From Salpingoeca rosetta (Eukaryota > Protista > Choanoflagellata), in the NCBI GenBank assembly GCA_033442325.1, contig JAWQFM010000025.1, positions 320,826 to 384,825 on the forward strand: a DNA stretch of 64,000 nucleotides, written 5' to 3'. Below are positions 41,790-64,000 of the stretch, piece after piece. The position numbers were made by a program, and so were the translations under genes. How positions within the stretch are numbered: the first letter of the stretch is position 1; each line of letters opens with the position of its first letter. The notes below the pieces were generated by a model. It did not search any database. It was not told where the DNA came from and worked only from the letters and a program-made list of their open reading frames with translations.

Positions 41790-42804
41790 ATGAAGCGCCG
41801 CCACGCTGCCAGATACATCCTGGACAGTGATGAAAGCGACGAGGATGAGACGCTGACTGACCCGGCAAACAACAGCAGCTCTTCGGTGTTTGCCACCGGC
41901 ACCACTACCAACGTAACGAGCGCCACACCAGCGCGGACAGCATTAACGTGCTCTCCCTCTCCCCCTCCTCTTATACCTCTGCGTGTCTTGAGGATAGCAT
42001 TGGTAGCGAAGAAGAAAAAGGACGCTGTTTCCAGTTCTGGTCCTGCCTCGACGGCCGCTGAGCACGGTGTTTGGACAACCTCTCGGATCAAGCAGCCCAC
42101 GCTGACCAATGTGCAGCTACTCGCAGGCTCAGGAGGAGCGAGAGTCTCTGTGCGGCCTCACATTCAAACAACGCAGAGTCCCAACACCATCGTGCCATCG
42201 GCACGCTCACCAGGCTCAGCGAACCGGGTTTGTTCAGTTCCGCTGGCGATGGCACCATCAGCCAACATGTCGCCATTGCCACCGCCCACGTTTCCAGCAG
42301 CACAGACACCTACACCAGCGCGCCGGGAACGCACCGCATGGGGACCGCTCAGCCAAGAGGATCACGCAGGCAGCACATCGAATGCCGACGCCTTTTCTCA
42401 GCAAGGTCACGCACACCACGCGGCACCACCGTCGTCGCTCTCGAAGGAAAAACAACAGCAGCAACAGCAACAAGATCAGCAGCAGTTGCACGGGCGCACA
42501 TTGCCACCGCCCTCGCCTGATTTCGGAGTGCCAACAGCCCGTGGTGCGGAGGCTTACGCACCCACGCGTGTGTTCGAGTGCCTGTTCTGCACTTTTACAA
42601 CCATACACCAAGATGGACTCGCCAATCACCGATGCATCGACCATCGGCGTCGCAGCCCTGCGCCCGTTGTTTCAGCACGTGCTACTTTACCGCCAACAAC
42701 GCACAAACCATGCTTGATGTTGTCATTACCACAACCGCAACAGCCGCGACAACAACAGCAGCAGCAACAACAACGCCCAACTTCAACCACACAGCAACAG
42801 CAGC

Positions 42805-42889
<85 letters not shown>

Positions 42890-43985
42890 GCAACCACAAC
42901 CGCAGCCGCACTTCCAGGCAAGGGTCGCATCTGTGGATCAGATGCATGCACGCATGCAAGCGCTGGAGTGCAATCTCTGTGCTTTCGAGGCCATGGGCCC
43001 AGCCGAGCTGTCCGCCCACAAACAGCTTGTTCATAAATGCATCAATCTGCCCCAGCAGCTTCCGCAAGCGCCAAGTCCACCGGCACCATCCGCGCCACCA
43101 TCGCCGTCATCGTCACCCCCGTTGTCGCCACCGTCGCTGCAACACGATGGTGATGTGGAGGTGGAGGTGGCCATGGGCTTGAGCAAGGATTCGCCTGTCC
43201 CACGAGCACAGGCCGGCTCCATGCCTGCAGGCGGTTCCATTGCTGATAGCGTGAAGGCGCGTGTACGGCATAACAAGACACCTCATAAACCTGAACGCCA
43301 AGGCCGAGGCCGACACAAACGCCAGAGGCGACAACAGGACCAAGATGTGCCTTCCACTATTCCATCCTCATCCGCAACAGCTTCATCACACTCGCCATCA
43401 TCTTCGTCTTCTGTGCTGAAGGCCGCAACTCGCACCAAGCTCGCCGCACCCACGCGCCGCCAGCCTCCCCTGAAGCACAGGACGACGCGCCGTCAGGCAC
43501 AGAAGCAGACGCAACAGCAGCATCAGCGCGGCAAGAGCCACCTTAAGCAGAGGTCAGCTCGCAACACTCGCAACACTCGCAACACTCGCAACACTCGCCA
43601 CACTCGCCACACCGGCAACAAGGCGAAGGTGCAGGCAACAGCACGCAAGCGCTTCAAGTGTGATGAATGCAAGTACAAGACAGCTTACAAGGGACACCTG
43701 ACAAGACATCGGCGAGTACACACGGGTGAGAAGCCATACAAATGCGAGCAATGCGAATACAGCGCCTCACTGCGGCAAAATTTGCTGAAGCACATGGAGC
43801 GGTGGCACCCAGATACAAGGCGGTACAAGTGTGACCAGTGCAGCTTCAAGACAGCCCACAAGAAAAACCTTGCAACACACAAGCTAAGACACACGCGTGG
43901 GAAGCCATACAAGTGTGACCACTGTGAGTACAGGGGCTTTTGTCAAGCTGACGTCTCGAGGCACGTGACACTCAAGCACGGCTGA
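41790..43985 (+). CDS. Intronless C2H2 zinc-finger protein (4 C-terminal fingers, 2 isolated internal fingers, poly-Q); paralog of 36743-38185
   Basis: Likely ATG at 41790 (MKRR). Shares [19 protein letters not shown] and [18 protein letters not shown] with the first zinc-finger gene. Confidence 0.9.
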
Positions 43986-44121
43986 GGGGACAGTGAGGTG
44001 ACATGTGCGTAGCAGCTGTGATGTTGGCGGCAATGATCACGATGGCTTGCAGTGCAAATTCTTCACGTCACAACAACAACACCAACAACAACAACACCAC
44101 CACCACCACCACCAACAACAA

Positions 44122-44163
<42 letters not shown>

Positions 44164-44767
44164 CAACAACAACACGTGCGAACGGGTCTTCGAGCCAAGT
44201 ACAACACCACCACCACCACCACCACCACCACCAACAACACCACCACCACCACCACCACCACCANNNNNNNNNNNNNNNNNNNNNNNNNNNNNNNNNNNNN
44301 NNNNNNNNNNNNNNNNNNNNNNNNNNNNNNNNNNNNNNNNNNNNNNNNNNNNNNNNNNNNNNNNNNNNNNNNNNNNNNNNNNNNNNNNNNNNNNNNNNNN
44401 NNNNNNNNNNNNNNNNNNNNNNNNNNNNNNNNNNNNNNNNNNNNNNNNNNNNNNNNNNNNNNNNNNNNNNNNNNNNNNNNNNNNNNNNNNNNNNNNNNNN
44501 NNNNNNNNNNNNNNNNNNNNNNNNNNNNNNNNNNNNNNNNNNNNNNNNNNNNNNNNNNNNNNNNNNNNNNNNNNNNNNNNNNNNNNNNNNNNNNNNNNNN
44601 NNNNNNNNNNNNNNNNNNNNNNNNNNNNNNNNNNNNNNNNNNNNNNNNNNNNNNNNNNNCGTTTACGATGGATTACACAGGTACATGTACGCAGCTGTTG
44701 CAAAAAGAAACAGCACCGTGACCCCAGCAGGGGTGAGGGGTGCAATGAAGCACAATCACACACAAGC

Positions 44768-44880
<113 letters not shown>

Positions 44881-44915
44881 CGCACACACACGGACGCAGA
44901 CGCACCGACACACAT

Positions 44916-46145
44916 TCAGCAGCCAGGGTCAATGATGAGGACGCCCTCGGCACTGGACGGAATGCCGTAGATGAGGCCGTTGCTGGCCGGTGTCCCTTCC
45001 CACCACTGGGAGGAGCCAGCCGGAACAGAGAGTGAGGTAGCGTCAACTGTGTCGGTGGTAGGGTCAATGACAAGCGCAGATGACGCCGAGAATGGGATGC
45101 CGATGATGTGTCCGGTGCTTGCAAGCACACCACCAGCCCACTTTTGGCCCGTGGCAGACAGACCGGCAATGGTCGACGTGTCGGTGGTGTTCGTGGTTGG
45201 ATCGACGATGATTACTGCCGTGTCACTGAACGGAATGCCGTAGACTAGGCCGTTGCCTGCAAGCACGGTGCCGTACCACTTGTTGCTGCCGGACAAGCCG
45301 GAGATGGTTGTGATGTCCGCTGTGTTAGTGGCTGGGTTGATGACAAGAACTGCTGCGGCGCTGCGGGGAATGCTGTAGATGAGGCCGTTGCCGGCCTGAA
45401 CGCCGCCGTACCACTTGAGACCTCCGCCCCCGAGCCCGATGATGGAGGTGGTGTCGGTGGTGTTGGTGACCGGGTCAACGATGAGGACGGACGACGCGCC
45501 CCAGGGGATGCCGTAGATGAGGCCGTTGTCGGCACCAACGCCACTGCGCCACTTCTCAGCGTCGGACGCAATCCCACCCAAGGTGGTTGCATCGGCCGTC
45601 TTTGTGCGCGGGTCGATGACGAGCACCGTCTCTGCGTTGTACGGGAGCCCATAGATGAGGCCGTTTGCAGCCAGGACCCCGCCCGCCCACTTGCTGTCGC
45701 CTGAGCTGAGGCCGGTGATGGTTGTGGTGTCCGCGGTGTTTGTTGCGGGGTCGATGATGAGCACAGATGTGGAGCGGTGTGGGATGCCGTAGACGAGGCC
45801 GTCCTCCAGGTTGAAGACGCCGCCGAGCCAATCGGAGTTGGCGGTGCCAACGCTGGGCATGGTGCTGGCATCCGCGGCGGGGCGCCTCAGGAAGCATGTG
45901 TACTGCTCTTGCGCCTCAAGTCGGGTCTGCAGGGTGCTGAGGGTGCTTGCTTGCGCCTGCACCATCTCAAACAGCTTGCCAACGTCCATGCCGTTGAACA
46001 ACACTGACTCGTCTTCGCCGCCCGTCGTGTTGATGTGCAGCGTGCCGTAATTGTCCTGGACCATCACCACTTCACCAAGCACACACGCGCCATGCACCAC
46101 CAGCAGCGCGAGCGCCACTCCCGCAGCGGAGCAACACGCAGACAT
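44916..46145 (-). CDS. Intronless secreted protein: signal peptide, short coiled coil, 7-bladed beta-propeller
   Basis: Signal-like MSACCSAAGVALALLVVHGACVLG, then seven ~46-aa repeats of the form W.GGVLA.NGLIYGIP...VLIIDP.T.T.D. Confidence 0.8.
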   Translation of the reverse strand: MSACCSAAGVALALLVVHGACVLGEVVMVQDNYGTLHINTTGGEDESVLFNGMDVGKLFEMVQAQASTLSTLQTRLEAQEQYTCFLRRPAADASTMPSVGTANSDWLGGVFNLEDGLVYGIPHRSTSVLIIDPATNTADTTTITGLSSGDSKWAGGVLAANGLIYGLPYNAETVLVIDPRTKTADATTLGGIASDAEKWRSGVGADNGLIYGIPWGASSVLIVDPVTNTTDTTSIIGLGGGGLKWYGGVQAGNGLIYSIPRSAAAVLVINPATNTADITTISGLSGSNKWYGTVLAGNGLVYGIPFSDTAVIIVDPTTNTTDTSTIAGLSATGQKWAGGVLASTGHIIGIPFSASSALVIDPTTDTVDATSLSVPAGSSQWWEGTPASNGLIYGIPSSAEGVLIIDPGC

Positions 46146-46681
46146 GATGGGCTGGTGAGGTGGTGTTTGGAAGGAGGAGAGCCGAGTGCAAGGGTGGATG
46201 TTCTTGTTGAAAGCAAAACAAAAGCAAAATGCATCTCCTTGACAAGCCATCCTTGAGAAAAGAAAATTGCTACAAAATATTGTAAATACCCGTCAAGGAC
46301 AAGCGAGCGAGTTGTTTGTGTGAACGGATGAAGAAGTGAGAGCTGCGTTTGCTGCATCTAACTCACTCGTCGCTTGTTATGTTTTACTTTCACACATGAC
46401 ATGTCACGCCTGGCAGGCGTGGACGGTCTCAAGGCAAGCACGAAGCAGGCAAGGCAATATTGGAAAAGAGCGCAATGCAAGGTACGGTAACAAACGGGTT
46501 GGTTTGGATAACAACAACAATCGAGCTGGCTCGAAGGGAAGGAGGGAAGGAAGGAAGGACGGCGAGATGGGAGACATGTTCTCACGATGACACACACACA
46601 CACACACATGTACACACACACATGTACACACACACACACACACACATGTGCACACACACACACACATGTACACACACACAT

Positions 46682-46740
<59 letters not shown>

Positions 46741-46763
46741 TGTGCACGTGCAGCTTGTTCTTG

Positions 46764-56851
<10,088 letters not shown>

Positions 56852-57612
56852 GCTGCCCTTCTTGTTCTCGTTCGCCAACGCCCACCTCCCACAACAACAA
56901 CCACAACCACCACCCAGTTTCCTCATCCTCCGCTGGTCGTTTGTTGTTTGTAGAAATATAGCGAATACTTTCGTATAAATTTCTAGCCATTATTCGGGGC
57001 CTCGTTGTTGTGGGCGCAATTGTCACAATTGTCAGATACGCACCCCGACTTTCGCACCGCTGCCTTCGCACCGGCAACGCCATACGCCACACCTTCGGGA
57101 CAAGGAGCAGCGGTGGGTGCCTGCTGCTTGGTGCGTGTTTTGGTGTTTAAGATGTGTTGTTCGCTTCGCTTGGGTCGCGATGCACCCCGTTTTGTTGGTG
57201 TTGCTCATGCACGCATGGGAAACGATTGCGTGTGCGCCCACGTCTCTCACGTCATCGCAATTTCGTTCCGCGTCTGTTCGTTCTTCTTCTGTGCCCTTCT
57301 GTCTTCTCATGTTTTGCTTGTGTTCTTGCCTTGCTTCTTGTGTGATTTTGATGGATGGGCAACACACAGCAGAGCAGAACAAAGAGGCAACTGCAACCAA
57401 CCAACCAACCAACCAACCAACCAACCAAGCAGCAGCGTGCGTGTGCGTGGTGGGGATTGTCGTATCGTGCCATCTCTGCGTGCGTGATGTGTGATCAATG
57501 AGCTCATCATTCTCACCATCGTCCTCAAACACCCTCCTTTTGGTTTGGTTTCGTTGTGTTTGCTTGTTGGTGCGCAGGCAGGTAGACACGCTTTGTTCTC
57601 GCAGAGAGGTGC

Positions 57613-57657
<45 letters not shown>

Positions 57658-57825
57658 GCACAGACTCGCGCAGGCAGCAATCGTGTAAGCAACCTAAAGC
57701 ACAGCCTGTATCGTGCTTTGCCTTCGACATGTGTGTCACATGGCTCACTACACACTACACGCACCCGTCCCATGTCGACATTGCACGAATCAGCAGCATC
57801 AACCCTAACCAATCACATCCACACC

Positions 57826-57856
57826 CCAGCATCAACCCTACCTCCCTACCACTCGA

Positions 57857-57896
<40 letters not shown>

Positions 57897-58498
57897 ACAC
57901 ACACCACAAACGTCATTGCATTGCACTGCTTGGGGAGGGCCGAGGCGATCACACTTTCGCGCCTGCATCCATCATCAGTCAACTCACTCACGCGCGCCTG
58001 CGTGCTCTCCCCACCCCACCTCCTTCTCCCACACAGCCAAGGCAACCTACATTGACAACACCAGCATCAAGCGAGAACAGGCCGGCAGACAGGCTGTGTG
58101 TGGTTTCGTTGAGGCAATATCACGGGCAAGCAAGCACACAGACAAGCAAGACGTGGGCGCGCGTGCGCGTAAGCTTTTGGGGTTGCACAGCAGACAGCTC
58201 CATCACATACAACCCCTCCCCCCTCTCCAGCATCGCACCACATTACACGGATCCCGGTTACTTCCCTTCCCCTCCCCCCGTGCAGTGGGGACAGGGCGCG
58301 TCATATTGAACCGCCTTCAAGCGCGTACCTGTGACAAACAACGCACCCCATTTGGGGACCATATCGACACGTCTGCCCCCTCCCCCCCCCTGCGTTCTTG
58401 CACCTCAACAGGGCACCACCAGTGTTCGCCCCGCACCCCACTCACCAAGGGTACAGAACATCTGTAACCAGCATCAACCCTACCTCCCTACCACTCGA

Positions 58499-58538
<40 letters not shown>

Positions 58539-59083
58539 ACACACACCACAAACGTCATTGCATTGCACTGCTTGGGGAGGGCCGAGGCGATCACACTTTC
58601 GCGCCTGCATCCATCATCAGTCAACTCACTCACGCGCGCCTGCGTGCTCTCCCCACCCCACCTCCTTCTCCCACACAGCCAAGGCAACCTACATTGACAA
58701 CACCAGCATCAAGCGAGAACAGGCCGGCAGACAGGCTGTGTGTGGTTTCGTTGAGGCAATATCACGGGCAAGCAAGCACACAGACAAGCAAGACGTGGGC
58801 GCGCGTGCGCGTAAGCTTTTGGGGTTGCACAGCAGACAGCTCCATCACATACAACCCCTCCCCCCTCTCCAGCATCGCACCACATTACACGGATCCCGGT
58901 TACTTCCCTTCCCCTCCCCCCGTGCAGTGGGGACAGGGCGCGTCATATTGAACCGCCTTCAAGCGCGTACCTGTGACAAACAACGCACCCCATTTGGGGA
59001 CCATATCGACACGTCTGCCCCCTCCCCCCCCCTGCGTTCTTGCACCTCAACAGGGCACCACCAGTGTTCGCCCCGCACCCCAC
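57826..59083. repeat. Near-perfect 616-bp direct repeat, 2 copies (57826-58441 and 58468-59083) with a 26-bp spacer
   Basis: Constant 642-bp offset; the embedded CA tract looks the same in both copies. Confidence 0.92.
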
Positions 59084-59218
59084 CTCAGCCAACTGAAACA
59101 CAGCAACACCAACGACGGCGACGCAGCAGGCGACAGACGAACAGCGAGCACTTGACACCGCGTGTACTCCACCCATCGTCTCCATCAGCCCCATCATCAG
59201 CAGTCTGCCCGCACGGCC

Positions 59219-59797
59219 ATGATGCTGAACTTCCGCGGGTGGCTGGACGTCGCAGTCGAGCGGCTACCAGGAACAACGGCTGCAACAGACCCGCCACCGT
59301 CGTCTCAACCGACTGCATCGGCATCGTCATCCTCACGGCCACGACGCGCGCCAACAGTAACATCTGCTCCGTCGCCATCACTCACGTCGCCCCCGGCAGC
59401 AGCGGTCACAGCACGCGGTGGCTCGCGTGCGCGCAGGAATGCGTCGAGCGGCAGCAGCAGTAGCCACGGCGGCGGGAACAGGAGCAGCAGCAACAGCAGC
59501 AGTCGGGGTGGCAGCAAGCGTGCCGGTGGTGATGGAAAGAAGGGCAGTCAAGCAACACGGGACCAAGGCGTCGATGATGGCCGGGATGTGGCGATGTTCG
59601 ACGACAGCGGACGCGGCGGCGTGCGACCACGGCCCAGAAGCAGCGGCAGCGGCAGCGGCGATGTCGGTGTCGGTGTTGGTGTGAGTGGCGGTGGTGTGAG
59701 CGTCGGTGGGAGCAAGGGCCCGTCTCGAAGCGCTTCGTCCCACGCGTCATCCGCAGCAACATCGGCAGCAGCGTCCACCGCCACATCTCCCCAGCGA

Positions 59798-59829
<32 letters not shown>

Positions 59830-62800
59830 CACACGGCCCGGTGCCATGCGTCGCATCTTTGCAGCGGCGGCGAAGGGGCTGACGGGGTCACGACACACGA
59901 GCGACAACGACAGCACCCGCCGAACGCGCAGCCCGCTCTTTGAACGCAAGCGCAGGAAGGAGAGTAAGGAGGAAGAGGAGGTGGAGGTGGAGGGAGGGGA
60001 GGTGGAGGTGGAGGGAGGTGACATTGGGGAACGGGGACAAGTTGGTGGCGGTGATGGCGACCGTCGCGGTGGTAGTCAGCACGTGTCTGCCACCCCCTCA
60101 CCCAAATCACCGTCCCAGCCGTCCCAGCCCCCGGCAGCGTCGTCATCATCATCGCCACTGTCGCCGCCGTCACGGAGCTCTCGCAAGGGGCGCGGCGGTG
60201 GCGGTGGCGGGATGGATGTGGTCATGGAGGTGGATGAGGAGGTGGAGGGCGATGATGGTGATGGTGATGGTGGTGATGGTGGTGGTGACGATGGTGGTGG
60301 TGACGGTGAGAAGCGACGAAAGCGGCCACCACCACTTGTACTGACCCGTGATGTGAAGGAAGCTGGCCACAGCAGAGACCGTGGCGATGATGACGATGAT
60401 GACGATGATGACTGTGATGACGATGATGACTGTGATGACGATGTTGACGATGCTGATGATGATGACGACGACGATGATGATGACTGTGATGAGAGCGACA
60501 GTGAGAGCGATAGCGATAGTGGCAGTGACAGTGACTTGGTCACAGCCAGTGACGATGACGACGACGACGATGAGCAGGACATGATGGGCGGTGATGATGG
60601 CGACGACGGCAGCACGACTGGCGCTGTGGCGGCATCTCTGCTTGCATCCACAGCAAGTCAGCAACAGAAGCAGCAGCAGCTGGCCGTGCCCACCTCCCCC
60701 TTGTCTTGTGCGTCGTCACCGTCGCATCCCCCGCGGGTGCGCAGCGATCGCCGCCATAACCGCAGCCACCGCCACGGCAGCAAGCACCGCACGGCTCGCA
60801 CTGGCACCAGCACACACCGCGCACGCGACAGCGACGGCGGTGGTGGTGGTCGTACCAGTGGCAGTCATGGCGATGGTGATGGCGATGATGGTGTGAAGAC
60901 GCGTGGGTACACCATGTCCACGTCATCTGCGCCAGCGACGCTCTTGGCGGAGAGAACGTCCGCCGTGACCGGTGGCGCGTTCTTCCCGCCAATCGACGAG
61001 CTGGTCACCGCTTCCACCCCACCACCAGCCGTCGCCGCCCCAACAGGTGTTGCTGGCACGAGCAAGCAGGTCGGCAACAAGAGCGATGGCAGTAATGGTG
61101 GCGGTCATGGTGATGGTGGTGGAAAGACCACGGGTAAGGGTGCGTTGCAGCGGCCGGTGCTGTCGTCATCATCGCCATCGGCAGCAGCGAGTGTCTCGAC
61201 GTCCAAAGTCACCGTTGCAACGCCGCACACGGGCGGCACACGCGTAATGACGGCGACAGGGCATGGGCAGTACAGTCCAACACCAGCATCCACAGCAACA
61301 ACAACAACGGATACAGCAACACCAGCGCCATCGACCGCTGCTGCTTCCGTTGCGATTGCGTCATCCACGGCATCAGCCCCGCCCACCACGGCACCGGTAA
61401 CGCGGCGCAAAGGCGACGCGCGAGGGGCGGTGGACACAACCACGCGGCCCGCAACCACAGCAGCACCGGAGCGATCAACGCTCTCATCATCAGCGGCAAC
61501 AGCAACAGCAACAACAACAGCAACGTCTGCGCAACCACATGGTGTTGCGTCTGGCGTGCGCAGTGCGCTGTCGGATGCCGGTGGTGCGGTTGTGCCGGGG
61601 GCCGCCCGTCGCATTGCGAGCAAGCGGCGATCACAGAGCCTTGGCGACAGCGCCGCCGTGGCTGCTGCTGGCGGTGTTGGTGTTGGTGCTGATAAGGGCA
61701 GGGGCGGCGGTGGCGTGACGGGCGGCCGCAAACATGGCCACGGAGGCATTGTGAGCGGTCTGATGAGCGGTTTGGGTGGTGGCAAGGACAGTACCCGCGG
61801 CAGCGGCAGCGGTGGTGGTCGTGGTGATGGTGGTGGTGGCGCCAAGGGCAGTAGCAGTGGCAGTGCAAGCGGTGAAAGCGGGCGGAAGAAGGGAAGGCGA
61901 CGCAAGGAGAGCGTGTCGCACCCGTCGACGCTCAGCTTTGAACGCCGCTACCTCATATTGGCAGGCAACACGCTCCACCTCCTCAAGCACAAGCCGGTCA
62001 GAATGTGTGGAATGGAAAGGCGGGGGGAGGGGGGGGCGGGGTTGTTTGTATGTTGTTTGTGTGTGTGTGTGTGTGTGTGCTGTGTGTGTGCGAGTGTGCG
62101 TGTGCGAGTGTGCACATGTGTGTGTGTGTGTGGTGTGTGTATGTATGCGTGCGTTGTGTACCGACTGATCGTCACGGTCTCACATCAACGGCACTTTGAC
62201 ATGTTGCCGCGTCTTGTGTTGTTTCAGACGGCCGAGGAGGAAGCGAAGCTCATGCAAGGTAACGCTTCAGGGTGCTGGGGTGATTGTGGAGAGAAGAAGA
62301 GTGCGTGTGTGCGTACGTGCGTGTGTGCATTCATTTGTGATTGTGCGTGTATTTGTTCGCTCCAACAGCAACTTGGATGCTCACTCACCACACAACGTCG
62401 TCACCCCTGCCACCATCACCAGATCCCGACCGGTTCTGGGAGATTTATGACGACGCGCCCGTCGCTGCAGAGGGGGCAGATGCACAGGGTGCGTTGACAT
62501 GCGGTGCCTCAGGCGTCATGGGTGAAATGGGGTGTGGGGGTGGGGACAAATATATCTTCGTGCGCTGTTGTAGCGCTGTGATGCACTTGGAGTTGGTTGC
62601 TTGCACTCCAACAAACATATCAACCATTGCTCTCCCAATCACCACCACCACCACCACCACCACCGCGACCGCCCACAGGCCCGCCGTCTGCGCGTACGCC
62701 CTCGGCGTCACGACGGAACGAGACCAGCGGTGGGATCCCGGCCATGATTGCGCGGCTCGTACGAGGCGGCGCACGCAGCGACACAGATCGGCCGAGCAAG

Positions 62801-62854
62801 ACGCAGGAGCCCGTCCCACCGTGAGTGGCACTGTGACACGTGTGCGCATGCGTG

Positions 62855-62910
<56 letters not shown>

Positions 62911-63867
62911 CTGTTGTGTTTGTGTGTTGTTTTGGTGTGTGCACATCGTGCTGTCTGTTGAAGGGCACTACGAACAAGACTGCTGTCTCGATAACAACCT
63001 CAACGCACGCGGCCCCACCTTACGCGATCATCACCATCACCATCACCATCACCATCACCACCACCGCTTGCCTCTCTTGTGACCAGGCAAATTTCGCTTG
63101 ACCAGTGCGAGGTGCGGCCGCTGCACCCGTCTGTGTTCATGCACCACCCGCTCTACCGCCAAGTGTGCTCCCTCATGTTCGGCAACAGGAGGTGCGTACA
63201 ACAATTCATCATCGTGGTGGTGATGACTGGAATGCCATGGTGACGCGGAGGTGCTCGAATGGTGGACATGTATTGCATGTCTGTGTGTGTATGTGCGTGT
63301 GTGCACGTGTGTGCATGTGCGTGTGTGCACATGCGTGTGCACTGCGAGACACACCCCAACACACGTACACGCAGCCTCAACTCACCTCCGTTTCTCACCT
63401 CCCCTACTCACCAACCACACTTTACCGAACAAACCCCTTCGCCAACCAAGGCTGCTGCTGCGGTGCAACTTGCTGTCTGCGCGACTGCAGTGGCAGCGGG
63501 CGTTGCTGGCCTCGATTGACGGCCGCAATGCCCGCTACTCCACGCGTCGCATCGTGCTCGGGCTGCAGAGGGCCGCACTCCCGGGCAGCAAGGGCGACAT
63601 GCGTTGCATTGTCATGCTCAACGGGTTTGTTGAGGGAATATCAACGACGAAGCCGGCCGCCTCGCAGGTACCGTGTGTGTATGTATGTATGTGTGTGTTC
63701 GTGTGTTGGCGGCAGGGGGCGGGGGTGGTTCGTGTGTGTTCAAGACCACACACACACACACACACACGCACACACACACACACACACTCACACTCACACA
63801 CACACACACACACTCACACACTCTCTCTCACGTCCACACACACTCACACTCATTCACGCACACACAT

Positions 63868-63903
<36 letters not shown>

Positions 63904-64000
63904 TCGCGTACTTGACCGCCTGCGCCTGCGAGCAGAAGAAAGGGTCGAGCCAGGTGACGTTTGCTGAGCGGTTTGAGTTTGACGTGCGGGCAACGGCGGC
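59219..64000 (+). CDS. 5' part of a gene with a very long Ser/Gly/Asp/Thr-rich disordered N-terminus, split PH domain and start of a C2 domain (possibly PH-C2-RasGAP type)
   Basis: About 2.8-kb first exon ending FERRYLILAGNTLHLLKHKP (PH beta strands). Later exons read VRPLHPSVF, RLQWQRALLASI (PH helix) and RCIVMLNG...TFAERFEFD (C2-like). The gene runs off the window. Confidence 0.65.

Noticed and set aside
57801-57810. Telomere-like aaccctaacc
   Set aside because: Fewer than two full units; chance occurrence.
57826-59083. Direct repeats as LTRs of a retrotransposon or TRIM
   Set aside because: No TG...CA termini, primer-binding site, polypurine tract or target-site duplication recognised; no RT or integrase in the window.
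59219-64000. Assigning a RasGAP gene name (SynGAP/DAB2IP type)
   Set aside because: The GAP domain is not in the window; only PH- and C2-like parts are visible.

Overview
Eukaryotic genomic DNA. Introns are GT-AG and packed with (CA/GT)n, (TCAC)n and (GA)n microsatellites, and there are seven N-gaps. Style and gene content suggest a choanoflagellate such as Salpingoeca rosetta (inference). Most ORFs in the supplied track are microsatellite artefacts, so I rebuilt the genes from motifs and splice sites. In order: (1) a small secreted-protein gene; (2) three co-oriented minus-strand genes: a TRPM2-like channel (SLOG/MHR N-terminus, eroded NUDT9-H tail), a ~1290-aa adenosine-deaminase-fold protein, and a Roc-COR GTPase with a TIR domain that appears only after splicing plus a possible death-fold tail; (3) a head-to-head pair of Tweety-like genes; (4) an LRR-Roc-COR protein ending in a PARP-like ADP-ribosyltransferase with an intact H-Y-E triad, its LRRs encoded by six exactly 84-nt, same-phase exons; (5) an intronless block of two C2H2 zinc-finger paralogs, an LRR-like protein and a secreted 7-bladed propeller; (6) a receptor tyrosine phosphatase with TNFR-like cysteine-rich repeats; (7) a 616-bp tandem duplication; (8) the 5' part of a PH-C2 gene. 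The best candidate for an undescribed system is an NAD+/ADP-ribose/adenine-nucleotide-centred innate-immunity cluster (ROCO-TIR, ROCO-ART, SLOG-TRPM channel, deaminase) whose parts echo the bacterial Thoeris and RADAR defences. All calls come from motif recognition by eye; no database searches were run.
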